A stretch of 64,000 nucleotides of DNA from Bythopirellula sp. (GTDB lineage: Bacteria; Planctomycetota; Planctomycetia; Pirellulales; Lacipirellulaceae), in contig OZ244170.1 of assembly GCA_965216565.1 (NCBI GenBank), positions 1,696,001 through 1,760,000 of the forward strand, in the 5' to 3' direction. The notes below the pieces were generated by a model. That model made no database searches and was not told where the DNA came from. It worked only from the letters and a program-made list of their open reading frames with translations. This document shows, in pieces, positions 40,726-50,882 of this stretch. A program made the translations under genes and the position numbers. Position 1 is the stretch's first letter. Each line of letters starts with the position of its first letter.

Positions 40726-41580
40726 ATGCTACCCGATTCCTTAAAGAGTCCCTTGCTCAATCTCTATTACGTGGCATCGCTTCCTCAACGAAGGCAGACT
40801 GCCGAACGCATGGAGCAGGAGTGCTCGGCACCTGTGATGACACTGTTCTATCACCGCGTGGCCGACGAACACCCCAACGGCTGGACGATCTCCAACGATC
40901 GATTCCAAGAACAGATTAATTGGATCAGGGAGCGATATGCTATCGTCAGTCTCTCCGATGCCCAACAACGCATTGGCACGGAGCACAACCTGGAGCCTGT
41001 GGTGTGCCTCACATTCGACGATGGTTATGCCGACAACTGCGAAATCGCCCTGCCGTGGTTGGTGGAGGAGCAGATTCCTTTCACTTACTTCGTAACCACA
41101 AACCACATCGCCTCGGGAGAGCCGTTCGCGCACGACTTGCAGGCCGACACACCTCTAAAGCCAAATTCAATTGAGCAAATCCAAGAGCTATCCGCCGCGG
41201 GCGTTGAAATTGGCGCTCATACCCGTTCGCATGCCGACCTGGGACAAATTGAGAATGAACAGGAGTTGTATGAGGAGATCGTTGGCTCGAAACGCGACTT
41301 AGAAGCGATGATCGATCGTCCGGTGAACTACTTTGCCTTTCCCTTCGGTTTGCCTCAAAACATGAGCACCGCTGGGATGCGAATTGCCTATCAGGCGGGC
41401 TTCTGGGGTGTCTGCTCGGCCTACGGCGGATACAACCTGCCAGGCGATGACAATTTTCACATTCAACGAATTCACGGCGACCCTGAGTGGAGCCGTTTCC
41501 GGAATTGGTTGACCCTCGATCCTCGCAAGCTTCGCCAATCGGCTCGATTCGATCTCGGTGACTATCGCGATCAATTCTAG
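40726..41580 (+). CDS. Polysaccharide deacetylase (CE4)
   Basis: LFYHRV, LTFDDGY, GAHTRSH, FAFPFG. Confidence 0.93.
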   Translation: MLPDSLKSPLLNLYYVASLPQRRQTAERMEQECSAPVMTLFYHRVADEHPNGWTISNDRFQEQINWIRERYAIVSLSDAQQRIGTEHNLEPVVCLTFDDGYADNCEIALPWLVEEQIPFTYFVTTNHIASGEPFAHDLQADTPLKPNSIEQIQELSAAGVEIGAHTRSHADLGQIENEQELYEEIVGSKRDLEAMIDRPVNYFAFPFGLPQNMSTAGMRIAYQAGFWGVCSAYGGYNLPGDDNFHIQRIHGDPEWSRFRNWLTLDPRKLRQSARFDLGDYRDQF

Positions 41581-41606
41581 CAGTACTTATTAAGAGCATT
41601 TCCCCC

Positions 41607-43148
41607 ATGCCCACTGACCCAGTCAACGCTGAACAGTCTGCGTCGAGACTACGCACCGACACGCTTGCTACGAGCGTTGTGCTGTTGATGCTGGTGACAG
41701 TTATCCAACGGTCTGTGGGATTCGGCCGTGGCATTCTGTTCTGTCGCTGGCTCTCTCCCGAAACCCTTGGCGAATGGGAAATGGCACTTAGCTTTCTGCT
41801 GTTTGCCGCTCCCCTAGCGGTGCTCGGCGTGCCGGGATCTTTTGGCAGATACCTGGAACATTACCGACAACGCGGGCATTTACAGACGTTCCTCCAGCGT
41901 TCCGCCCTATGGACAGCCCTGTGGAGTTCGATCGGCGTGTTGGCCGTTATCCTGTTTGCTCCGCACATTTCTCAAATGTTGTTTGGCGTAAGCGACCGCA
42001 TTGCAATCGTATGGGGTATCGCCCTCTGTTTGGCGGGAGTGATACTACACCATTCCCTGGCCTCGCTTCTAACAGCCCTGTGTTTGATTCGTGTACTGTC
42101 TGTCGTGAATTTCTCACAGAGTTTGCTGTTTGCAGGATTAGCATTAGGGCTTCTACTGACCGACGCGAGTGTCGGCAGCATCCTCGCCGGATACGGTGCT
42201 GCCTGCTTGCTTGCTTCAGTTGGAGGGATTCTATGGATCTGGCCAGCGCTAAAAGAAATTGATCAACCGTCAGAAACTCTTCCGCAATTGGAGTTTTGGC
42301 CAAAGCTGTTGCGATTTGCGTTCTTTGTTTGGGTCACGAATCTGCTCACCCATCTGTTCGCCATTGTTGACCGCTACATGATCGTCCACTTCTCAGGACT
42401 CAGCCCCGCCGCGGCCCTCGATCAGGTTGGTCACTACCATAGCAGCCGCATTGTGCCACTATTGCTGGTTGCGATTGCCGACCTCCTAGGCGGACTAATC
42501 ATGCCGCATCTGAGCCGCGATTGGGAGGCGGGAAAGCAAGCGATTGTCGGTCGCAGCACCAACCTAAGTATTAAACTCACCGGACTAATAATGTTAGGGG
42601 TCGGCATTTGTATCCTGATCTTCGCTCCGTTCTTATTCGACATAGTACTTGAAGGAAAATACTCCGACGGCCTCTATGTATTGCCTTGGACCCTTACGGG
42701 ATGCGTGTGGTTTGCTCTCCATCTGGTGGCGCAAAACTACTTATGGTGTGCAGAGCGAGCCCGACTGGCGACAGTACCACTAGCCATCGGGCTAGTTGCG
42801 AACATTGGTTTGAATTTGGTGCTCCTGCCGCTTTGGGGCCTGCTCGGCGCGGTCGTGGCAACTGCCATTTCAACCGCCATCTGTCTCGCCGCGTTGCTGC
42901 TACTCAGTCGGAAGTTCGGAATGACAACGAATTTGGGGACTTGGATTATCCTGGTGTCGCCTCTTTCGCTGACAGGTTCTATCGCAGTGACAAGCGCAAT
43001 CTGGCTACTCCTAATAGTGGCCAGCTTAAAAACAGATTGGATTCTCGACGACCTTGAACGCGAACAACTTCGCACAGCGACTCACGAATTCCTGGCCAAA
43101 GTGAAACCTTACTTCCAACGATCGTCCCGCAAAGTCGTCCAGGCTTAG
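41607..43148 (+). CDS. Wzx-type oligosaccharide flippase
   Basis: Many TM helices, IVDRYMI, NIGLNLVLLPLWGLLGAVVAT. Confidence 0.88.
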   Translation: MPTDPVNAEQSASRLRTDTLATSVVLLMLVTVIQRSVGFGRGILFCRWLSPETLGEWEMALSFLLFAAPLAVLGVPGSFGRYLEHYRQRGHLQTFLQRSALWTALWSSIGVLAVILFAPHISQMLFGVSDRIAIVWGIALCLAGVILHHSLASLLTALCLIRVLSVVNFSQSLLFAGLALGLLLTDASVGSILAGYGAACLLASVGGILWIWPALKEIDQPSETLPQLEFWPKLLRFAFFVWVTNLLTHLFAIVDRYMIVHFSGLSPAAALDQVGHYHSSRIVPLLLVAIADLLGGLIMPHLSRDWEAGKQAIVGRSTNLSIKLTGLIMLGVGICILIFAPFLFDIVLEGKYSDGLYVLPWTLTGCVWFALHLVAQNYLWCAERARLATVPLAIGLVANIGLNLVLLPLWGLLGAVVATAISTAICLAALLLLSRKFGMTTNLGTWIILVSPLSLTGSIAVTSAIWLLLIVASLKTDWILDDLEREQLRTATHEFLAKVKPYFQRSSRKVVQA

Positions 43149-43158
43149 AGAGGTACCA

Positions 43159-44361
43159 ATGGCAACTGCGCGAAAAACACAATCGAAAGAACCGTTACGC
43201 ATACTTTTCGTTACCACGAGCCTGCCGGTAGGTGGTGCGGAAACTCTATTAGCGAACCTCGTCCGTCGCATGGATCGCACCAGGTTTGCTCCGGAGATTG
43301 CCTGTTTGAAAGAGCGGGGGCCGCTTGGAGTCGAGCTGGCAAAAGAAATCCCGGTCTACTGCAACCTCATCCAACACAAGACAGACCTTTGGGTGCTACG
43401 ACGTTTGACGAAACTCATACGTTCGCGGAACATCCAGGCAGTAGTCACAGTTGGGGCGGGCGACAAGATGTTTTGGGGCCGTTTGGCTGCCAAGCTTGCC
43501 GGCGTACCGGTTATCCTTTCGGCATTGCACAGCACCGGTTGGCCCGACTCCATCGGCAAGCTCAACCGCCTGCTGACACCAATCACTGATGGCTTTATCG
43601 GCGTGGCCGACGCGCACGCCAAGCATTTAGTGGAGCGCGAGGGTTTTCCGAGTGAAAAAGTATTTACAATCTACAATGGCGTCGACGTCGACCGATTCGC
43701 CCCGCAAGACGGCTCTCCTGTGCGGCAGGAGCTCGGCATTCCGGCGGATGCTCTCGTGGTCACCCTATTGGCGGCTTTGCGGCCTGAAAAGAATCACGAA
43801 TTCTTTCTGAACGCCGCACGACGCATCAAACAGGCTCAACCCAAATCGCACTTTATTATCATCGGCGACGGCCCGAGGCGTGAAGAACTTGAGCAACTAA
43901 CCGAAAAACTGGCACTGCAAGATTGCACGCACTTTGTTGGCTCACGGTCCGACGTGCCAGAATTGCTTGCCGCGAGTAATGCGTTGGCCCTGACTTCTCA
44001 CAACGAAGCGAGTCCAGTCTCAATTCTCGAAGCGTTGAGTTGCGAAGTCCCCGTCGTATCGGCGGAGGTCGGCTCAGTCGCTGAAACCGTGATTCCCGGC
44101 AAAAACGGATTCCTATACGAATGCGGCGATATGCGTTCTTTCGTGTCCCACACGCTGAGAATCCTGAACGACCCCAAGCTTGGCGAAAAGTTAGGCAAAC
44201 AGGGCCGCGCATCCATCGAGGCGGGACGCTCACTCGCGGTGATGGTTGAAGGCTACGAAAAACTAATCGAAAACGTCTACTCTGCCAAGCACGCTGAGCA
44301 GCCCACCGCGGAACCGGTCGCAACAGGGACGAAGCGGGTCGCAGATTTTGGGGCAACCTAA
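43159..44361 (+). CDS. GT4 family glycosyltransferase
   Basis: VGGAE, IYNGVD, RPEKNH, EASPVSILEALS. Confidence 0.93.
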   Translation: MATARKTQSKEPLRILFVTTSLPVGGAETLLANLVRRMDRTRFAPEIACLKERGPLGVELAKEIPVYCNLIQHKTDLWVLRRLTKLIRSRNIQAVVTVGAGDKMFWGRLAAKLAGVPVILSALHSTGWPDSIGKLNRLLTPITDGFIGVADAHAKHLVEREGFPSEKVFTIYNGVDVDRFAPQDGSPVRQELGIPADALVVTLLAALRPEKNHEFFLNAARRIKQAQPKSHFIIIGDGPRREELEQLTEKLALQDCTHFVGSRSDVPELLAASNALALTSHNEASPVSILEALSCEVPVVSAEVGSVAETVIPGKNGFLYECGDMRSFVSHTLRILNDPKLGEKLGKQGRASIEAGRSLAVMVEGYEKLIENVYSAKHAEQPTAEPVATGTKRVADFGAT

Positions 44362-44566
44362 CGCCGTGTTTGGCAGTCTTCAACGCAAAACTGCCGCTAT
44401 CGCACGGCCCTTCACCCAGATAATATAGATAGGCTGGATACCATAGCGAGATCGGCGGGGAGAGTTCCAACATCGTTCTGCGGCGCGTTTCGACGTCGCT
44501 AGGGTTGGCCAACAGGCATGCCGCCCTCTTCCCTGGCCCCACTTCGAGTACGACTATCAAACAACT

Positions 44567-45169
44567 GTGATCACGGAAACACTCCTAACGCTGACGGCTC
44601 GATTCATTAGTGGGGTGAGCGTGCGCTGGGTGGAATCGCAGCCAGACATCTGTCAACGCGTCTATTTTGCCAATCACACTAGCCATTTGGATGTTGTCCT
44701 AGTTTGGTCGGCTTTGCCTACGAAAGTGCGACGGCTCACGCGTCCCATTGCTGCAAAGGACTATTGGATCAAGGGCCCCATCCGCCGCTACTTGGCAAGT
44801 GTATTCAACGCGATGCTAATCGACCGCAAAGAAATCAAGGTCCACCAAAGCCCCGTGGATCTGATGCTCAAGGAAATCGGCTCCACCCATTCGTTGATTC
44901 TGTTTCCCGAAGGGGGACGAAGAGAAGGGGATGATGTTGGGGAATTCAAGAGTGGCTTGTACTATTTGAGCAAGAAGTGTCCGGAACTGGAACTCATTCC
45001 TGTGCACATCAACAACATGAACCGCATCCTGCCTCGTGGGGAAGTGTTGCCCGTGCCCTTGCTATCGTCGATCACGTTTGGGCCGCCTATTTGGCTCGAA
45101 ACTGGCGAACCCAAAACGGAATTTTTGAAACGCGCCCGCGAAGCAGTCCTTAGTCTTCAAGAACGATAG
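44567..45169 (+). CDS. Lysophospholipid acyltransferase (PlsC-like)
   Basis: ANHTSHLD, FPEG motifs. Confidence 0.92.
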   Translation: MITETLLTLTARFISGVSVRWVESQPDICQRVYFANHTSHLDVVLVWSALPTKVRRLTRPIAAKDYWIKGPIRRYLASVFNAMLIDRKEIKVHQSPVDLMLKEIGSTHSLILFPEGGRREGDDVGEFKSGLYYLSKKCPELELIPVHINNMNRILPRGEVLPVPLLSSITFGPPIWLETGEPKTEFLKRAREAVLSLQER

Positions 45170-45186
45170 GCATCGAGAATCAAGGC

Positions 45187-46152
45187 ATGACCTACGACAT
45201 CAAAGACTGGGCTTCACTAGGAACCGTGCTAGCGCTACTGGCACTGGCAACTTTTGTGGGGCAGTGGCTGCGTCGCCAGAGTTCGCTGCAACTTGACGAT
45301 CGCTCGGTAAGCACGTTCAATAGCCGCGTTCAAGCCTGGTGGGCTTCAAGCGTGTTGATCGGCATAGCTTTCTTTTTCCCAACTCTGGCGGTAGTGTTGT
45401 TCGGCCTGCTCTCTTTTTGGGCATTGAGAGAGTTCATCACCTTTACCAACACTCGCTCTGGCGACCACCGCGCTCTCTTCTGGGTATTTTGCTTTTTCAC
45501 GCCCATGCAATTTGTGCTCGTGGCCCACGAGAACTATGCGTTTTACAGCATCCTGATTCCCGTCTACGCGTTCCTGTTTATTGCAGCTCGAGTCGCGATC
45601 TCGGGAGATTTCACGCACTTCCTAGAGCGCGTCGCCAAGATCCAGTTTGGCTTGCTGATCTGCGTCTACTGCCTCAGCTTTGCCCCAGCCTTGTTATTCT
45701 TGAATTGCAGGAACGTTGCTCCCGAAGACACCGCGGCCGGTGCTCGGCTGCTGCTCTTTTTTGTCACTTTAGTGCTCTTTTCCGAAATGGCTCAATTCAT
45801 CTTCAGCCGCATTTTCGGCAAGCATGTGATTGCCGAAACCATCGACGACGATCGCACCTGGGAAGGCGTGCTGGCTGGCGCAGGCGCTACCGCGGTGGCA
45901 GGCATCTCCCTGCAATGGGCCACCCCCTTCACGCACTGGTGGCAGGCCGGCGTGATGTCGGTACTGATCGCGGCCATGGCCTCCGCCGGTGCACTCACGA
46001 TGGCTGCTATTAAGCGAGACCGCGGCGAAGTCACCTCCGGCGCGCTCATCGAGAGCAGTGGCGGCGTGCTCAGCCGCATCGATGCGGTTTGCTTTGCCGC
46101 CCCCGTGTTCTACCACGTGACTGCCTACTTTTTCGGCGTCGGCGGAAACTAA
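45187..46152 (+). CDS. Phosphatidate cytidylyltransferase-like protein (YnbB/CdsA fold) with degenerate motifs
   Basis: Multi-TM; RTWEG, IKRDRG, GGVLSRID. Confidence 0.8.
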   Translation: MTYDIKDWASLGTVLALLALATFVGQWLRRQSSLQLDDRSVSTFNSRVQAWWASSVLIGIAFFFPTLAVVLFGLLSFWALREFITFTNTRSGDHRALFWVFCFFTPMQFVLVAHENYAFYSILIPVYAFLFIAARVAISGDFTHFLERVAKIQFGLLICVYCLSFAPALLFLNCRNVAPEDTAAGARLLLFFVTLVLFSEMAQFIFSRIFGKHVIAETIDDDRTWEGVLAGAGATAVAGISLQWATPFTHWWQAGVMSVLIAAMASAGALTMAAIKRDRGEVTSGALIESSGGVLSRIDAVCFAAPVFYHVTAYFFGVGGN

Positions 46153-46154
46153 TT

Positions 46155-46646
46155 CTAAATCAGAATTGGTTTGCCCAACGCCCTGCGCACTGGCACAAAC
46201 TGTCCCGCGTGCATCATTTGGTGCGTGGCTATCAATATCAGAACATGCCCCACGGTGGGAAACATCTGCCGAAAGTGTTCAGGCGCAGGTTGTTGCAAAT
46301 CGCTGTCGTCCATCTTGTCGATGGCAGCAAACGTCGCGGCCTGCACCTTTTCCATCAAGTCCAAGTATTCTTGCTTGGAACAAAACTTGGCAGGGTCGTC
46401 CTCGCCTACGGTTTCCTTTGTGTGCTTTTCGGCAAAGCCCGCTGGCAACTCGGCGGCTGCGCCAGGTTGGATTGAGTTCAGCAAGTCACATTCCGACGAA
46501 ATCAGGTGCCCCAACTGCCAGGCGAGGTGATTGCATCCCTCGACGGGTCGCCGCATCAACTCGGCATCTTCCAAGTCGCCCACGTAACTCTTCAAAATCA
46601 TGGAACTCACACCGGAAGTTGCCTTAATGGTTTCTTTTGCGTTCAT
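46155..46646 (-). CDS. DinB family protein
   Basis: NHLAWQLGHL...THQMMHAGQ. Confidence 0.88.
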   Translation of the reverse strand: MNAKETIKATSGVSSMILKSYVGDLEDAELMRRPVEGCNHLAWQLGHLISSECDLLNSIQPGAAAELPAGFAEKHTKETVGEDDPAKFCSKQEYLDLMEKVQAATFAAIDKMDDSDLQQPAPEHFRQMFPTVGHVLILIATHQMMHAGQFVPVRRALGKPILI

Positions 46647-47026
46647 CGCAAGCCTCTCTGCTAGATTCAGTTCACAAGAAATTCACTATCTCTGAGCTTA
46701 TTAAATTACCAGTCGCTGGATAGCCTTACTGTGCGAATCGCCACATTTGAGCTGTTCACGACCGCTCCTCAATGGATCGGCGGGTTGCGCTGATTTCGGC
46801 ACGGTTGGGCTCATTATTCCAATTGCACAGGCAAGAATCGGCGGCAATTCCCATTGTTCGGCAAGCCGTATTCCTCGCCGGAACGGCGGAAAAAGCTAGA
46901 TTTTACAAGCTCCGGCAAACATCCCTGCGGGAGCACTTTTCAGAATCACTTTTCACTAATTCTTCGTCACCAATCTCGCATGGTTGCTTCCCCCTAATGG
47001 GGTGCGCTGTGTCGACGCACTTTTTG

Positions 47027-49804
47027 ATGGCACTCAGTCCAATTTCACCTGCGCTGCCCGCTTCGGCGTCGCAGCTATTGCTAGAGAACGTCAACTTCGG
47101 GCTCCGCGCACGGATTGCACCGACCGCTGGTTCTGCGCTTCCAGTTTCGCCCCCACCGGCCGCGCTGCGAAGAATCGAACAGCTCGTGGGTCGGCTGCAA
47201 AACGAGATTATCACCGGTGCCGATCGGGACCGCAGATCGTCTCAGCAAAGCGTCGATCGTACGTTGGCCGAAATTGGCAAGCTCGTGGGCAGCCCACTTT
47301 CGTTGGGGGGAGCGCGGAACGCTGTCCTCACTGGCCTGAATTCGAAACAAATCACCGGCTACGAAATCCGCAAACTTCGCCCTAATGCGTCGGAGTCTAT
47401 TAAGGGCTCAATCAGCCGCTCGCAACGCGCTGCCCTGGTAGATCTGGGCGATATCCAAGACCTTCTGGCAAGCGGTGGGTCTCTGGACCTCAACACTTCC
47501 GGTCGCACTCAATCGATAGAGTTCCAATCGGGTGAGTCGCTCAGCAATCTCGTGAGACGTATCAATCGATCCGCCACACTCGGGGTCACGGCCCAAGCCC
47601 ATGGCAGTTCTCTGTTGCTCTCCAGTAGAAATCGTGGGGCGGCAGCTTCGCTTTCTGTTACCACCAATCAATCCATTGCGAGTGCGGAGATTGGTCCGAT
47701 CGAGATTAGCGGGCTCAACGGTGCTCAGATTACCGCGCTTGATACCAGCGCACTCACCGCCGGCGTTCCAATCACGGTCTCAGGATCGAGAGACACACTG
47801 GCTAGTGAGGCGCTGCTTACTTACGAAGGCAGTTTGGGATCGGTGGCTGCGGGGACCGCTTCGTTTCAATTGACTGGCCCCCTCGGCTCAGCCAACTTGA
47901 GCGTCACCCAGGGCGAGTCGCTGCAAGATTTTGCCACCAGAATCAATGATGAATCGAACACAACCGGCGTCGAAGCCGAGGTGATTGGCAATAACTTAGC
48001 AATTCGATCCCTCGACAAGGGCGCAAGTGCCTCGATCGCCATCGACAACATTTCGCCCGATACGAATATCGACGTCACCGGTACCAATGCCAGCCAGGTG
48101 GCAGCGTTTAACGTGTTGTCCTTTCCAGACGAAACCCAGCTCACTTTGTCGGGAACCGTCACGCAGGCTGCCGACACCGCCAGCCAAATCTATCACGGTT
48201 CCGCAGGCGGTTTTGTTGAGGACACGGCAGTTTTTACGCTCGGGGGAACTTTGGGAACGGCTCAAATCTCCATTACTCAGGGCGAATCGCTATCGGACGT
48301 TGCCCAACGCGTCAACGACGAAACCGCCACAACCGGAGTGACCGCGACCACTAGCGGCGACGACCTGATCTTGGAAAGCGCGGAGGTTGGCTCCACCGAA
48401 TCCGTTCAGGTCACGCTCGACAGCGTCGCTCAAGACATATCGGTCGACGGAGTCAACGGCAGTCAGGTCTCCAACTTTCAAGTGGTGTCGGCACAGCCCG
48501 ACTCGGTGAACAACCTGGTAAGTTCTGTTACCCAGACGGCTACGCAAGGGGAGTTGACCTATACGGGCCTCCTTAATGCTGCGACATCCAGTTCGAATTT
48601 CACTCTAACAGGAGAACTTGGCAACACCACAATTTCTGTAGCTTCTCTCGAATCTCTCACATCGGTGCGTGACAAAATCAATGCTGAGTCAGGAACTACC
48701 GGGATTTCCGCTACGGCCAGTGGCGATACTCTCACGTTGACAAGTACTGGCTACGGCAGTGCTGCGATTGTTGAAGTGGATGTCAACTCAGGAAGTTTCG
48801 ACACATCCGGTGGCGATGGCAACGGAAATGCCGCCGGAATCGATGCGGAACTAAATATCAACGGCAATACAGTGACTGCCGCCGGCCATGACGTTTCCTA
48901 TACCGACTCTTTAGGTAGCTACACATTTACGATTGCCACGGGGCTAACTGGCAGTTTGGATACTATCACCGTCACATCGGCCAACGGCACGTTCGACGTC
49001 ACCGGCGGAGATGGTTCTGGGCAGGCGTTGGGACAGAATGCCGAAGCCACCATCAATGGCCAGACGTTCGTGGCTAACGCCAATGATTTCTCATTGAACC
49101 TTAGTGGCGCTCAGTTCGCGCTCACCTTGGTCGAAGGGTTTTCTGGAGCGTTGGACCCGATCACGGTGGGGTCGACCTTCCACGACTTCACGATCTCGGG
49201 CGGCAACGGCGATGAGACAGCCGATGGGCTCGATGGCACGGCCACCATCGACGGCGTGGCCCTTTCCAGTGCCAGCGACACCTTTGTGGCTAACACGGCC
49301 GCTGGCTCACTGACCATCACTTTCGAAGAGAGTTTCCTCGGTGCGATCGATCCAATTTCGATCAGCTACGAAACATTAACCGCCAGTGGTGGCACTACGG
49401 AGAGCTTTCAAGCCTCGGGCTCTGACGCCGAAATCGTGGTGAATGGCAATACTGCCAGCGCAGACGGGGGAGGTTTTGTTTATCACACTGACGGCGTCGA
49501 AATCGCGTTGCAGTTCGCCAAGGGCTTCCAGGGCGAATTCGATCCCTTCACCATCTCTGCAGGCGGCACCATCGACGTAGCCACGGAGTTTGCCACACTG
49601 ACGGGCTCCCTGCGCACCGCAGCAAGATCAGCCGTGGCAAACCTATTCTCACTGGCGGCCGGTGGAGAAAATGCCAACGCAGGCACAAGCCGTGCGCTGA
49701 ACATCGCCCAAGATTCTTTACAATCCTTGCGGGAACTCCAGGGCACCTCCGCCAGTTCGGGCCGACGGTCACTTACCGGCAGCATCCTCGACGCGATCGT
49801 GTAA
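47027..49804 (+). CDS. Flagellin-like protein with repeated flagellin IN-motif domains
   Basis: Four units with ESL....RIN....TGV.A; degenerate flagellin helical termini; start set at MALSP. Confidence 0.75.
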   Translation: MALSPISPALPASASQLLLENVNFGLRARIAPTAGSALPVSPPPAALRRIEQLVGRLQNEIITGADRDRRSSQQSVDRTLAEIGKLVGSPLSLGGARNAVLTGLNSKQITGYEIRKLRPNASESIKGSISRSQRAALVDLGDIQDLLASGGSLDLNTSGRTQSIEFQSGESLSNLVRRINRSATLGVTAQAHGSSLLLSSRNRGAAASLSVTTNQSIASAEIGPIEISGLNGAQITALDTSALTAGVPITVSGSRDTLASEALLTYEGSLGSVAAGTASFQLTGPLGSANLSVTQGESLQDFATRINDESNTTGVEAEVIGNNLAIRSLDKGASASIAIDNISPDTNIDVTGTNASQVAAFNVLSFPDETQLTLSGTVTQAADTASQIYHGSAGGFVEDTAVFTLGGTLGTAQISITQGESLSDVAQRVNDETATTGVTATTSGDDLILESAEVGSTESVQVTLDSVAQDISVDGVNGSQVSNFQVVSAQPDSVNNLVSSVTQTATQGELTYTGLLNAATSSSNFTLTGELGNTTISVASLESLTSVRDKINAESGTTGISATASGDTLTLTSTGYGSAAIVEVDVNSGSFDTSGGDGNGNAAGIDAELNINGNTVTAAGHDVSYTDSLGSYTFTIATGLTGSLDTITVTSANGTFDVTGGDGSGQALGQNAEATINGQTFVANANDFSLNLSGAQFALTLVEGFSGALDPITVGSTFHDFTISGGNGDETADGLDGTATIDGVALSSASDTFVANTAAGSLTITFEESFLGAIDPISISYETLTASGGTTESFQASGSDAEIVVNGNTASADGGGFVYHTDGVEIALQFAKGFQGEFDPFTISAGGTIDVATEFATLTGSLRTAARSAVANLFSLAAGGENANAGTSRALNIAQDSLQSLRELQGTSASSGRRSLTGSILDAIV

Positions 49805-49880
49805 AAATCCCAGCTAAGTGCCCAACTGCCTGCCCGCTTGCGGCGTCAACTCAACTTTGCTGACTGACGACTCGTCCGAA

Positions 49881-50882
49881 TCAGCGGAGAATCGTGCCCG
49901 TGGCCTTCGAGGCATCGTAAATGCTACGTGTGGGAGGACTACCCGCTGGCCATTCGCGCGGAGCGTTCGCTGCAGGCGTCGGCCCCACTTCACGGGAACT
50001 ATTCTGGTAGGCACTACTCGACTGAGGATCCTGTCCTCTTACAACCGGCCGCGAAATTGGGCGGATTTGGGTATTGTTCGAAGCAACCAGCACATCACCC
50101 CGACCAGTTTGAGGGCTTAGTGCCGGTCGACCCTGGCGAATCCAACCCATCCAAGAGTTTTGCAGCGTTAGCAAATCGCGATAGCCGTACTGCTCCGAGA
50201 TGGCCCGCGGCCAATTGCTATCTTGCAGACCGTTTTCCAGAAAGGCTAGAAACTCTCGCTTGCCTCGCTGATCAATAAGGTATTGCGCGAGCGAATGACC
50301 CTGGGCATACAAAGGCAACACGTCGCGCGGATATTCCTTCATGGCAAACATATTACTAAAGGGTATGCCCCGACGGGTTTTCAAAAACTCGATTAGCATG
50401 TTCTCCTGTTTGGAGATTTCGCTGACGTGCTCGACGGTGGTACAGGCACCTTCATCCGCCCAACGTGGAATTGGTTGGCGAAAGTGACTCGCGAAAATCG
50501 TATGAGTCACCTCATGCGGAACCACGGAGTCGAGCACTCGCTCGCGCGATCCTTGAATTTCCATCCGCCATCCGAAGACTTCTCCTTGGTCGAACACAAA
50601 ACTCGTTGCTCCGCCCGCTCCTAAGCCTGGAGCTACCTTAGCTTTGATGGGGCAGGGGCGTGACCAATTGGGCAGTTCTTTGCCGAGCCATTCAAGAGCC
50701 AACTCGCGTCGGCACTTCTCGGCCTGGTCACCGATTTCCTTCGCAAGCTGGGGCGTGGGGGCATCAACCGTAAAATTGGTTGTGCGATAGCCGGCCGCAA
50801 AGAGGGACAGGGGGCAACAAGCAGTCGCCAGAAACAGTGCGGCGCAGGCGCGGCGCACTGACGTTTGATTTCGAGCTTCCAT
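49881..50882 (-). CDS. Secreted gluzincin-like (peptidase MA clan) protein
   Basis: PHEVTH...PRWADEG...LYAQG; signal peptide. Confidence 0.8.
   Translation of the reverse strand: MEARNQTSVRRACAALFLATACCPLSLFAAGYRTTNFTVDAPTPQLAKEIGDQAEKCRRELALEWLGKELPNWSRPCPIKAKVAPGLGAGGATSFVFDQGEVFGWRMEIQGSRERVLDSVVPHEVTHTIFASHFRQPIPRWADEGACTTVEHVSEISKQENMLIEFLKTRRGIPFSNMFAMKEYPRDVLPLYAQGHSLAQYLIDQRGKREFLAFLENGLQDSNWPRAISEQYGYRDLLTLQNSWMGWIRQGRPALSPQTGRGDVLVASNNTQIRPISRPVVRGQDPQSSSAYQNSSREVGPTPAANAPREWPAGSPPTRSIYDASKATGTILR

Noticed and set aside
46772..47026. N-terminal extension of the 1010-aa flagellin-like ORF
   Set aside because: Composition is unlike the rest of the protein and looks like promoter/leader sequence; MALSP start preferred.
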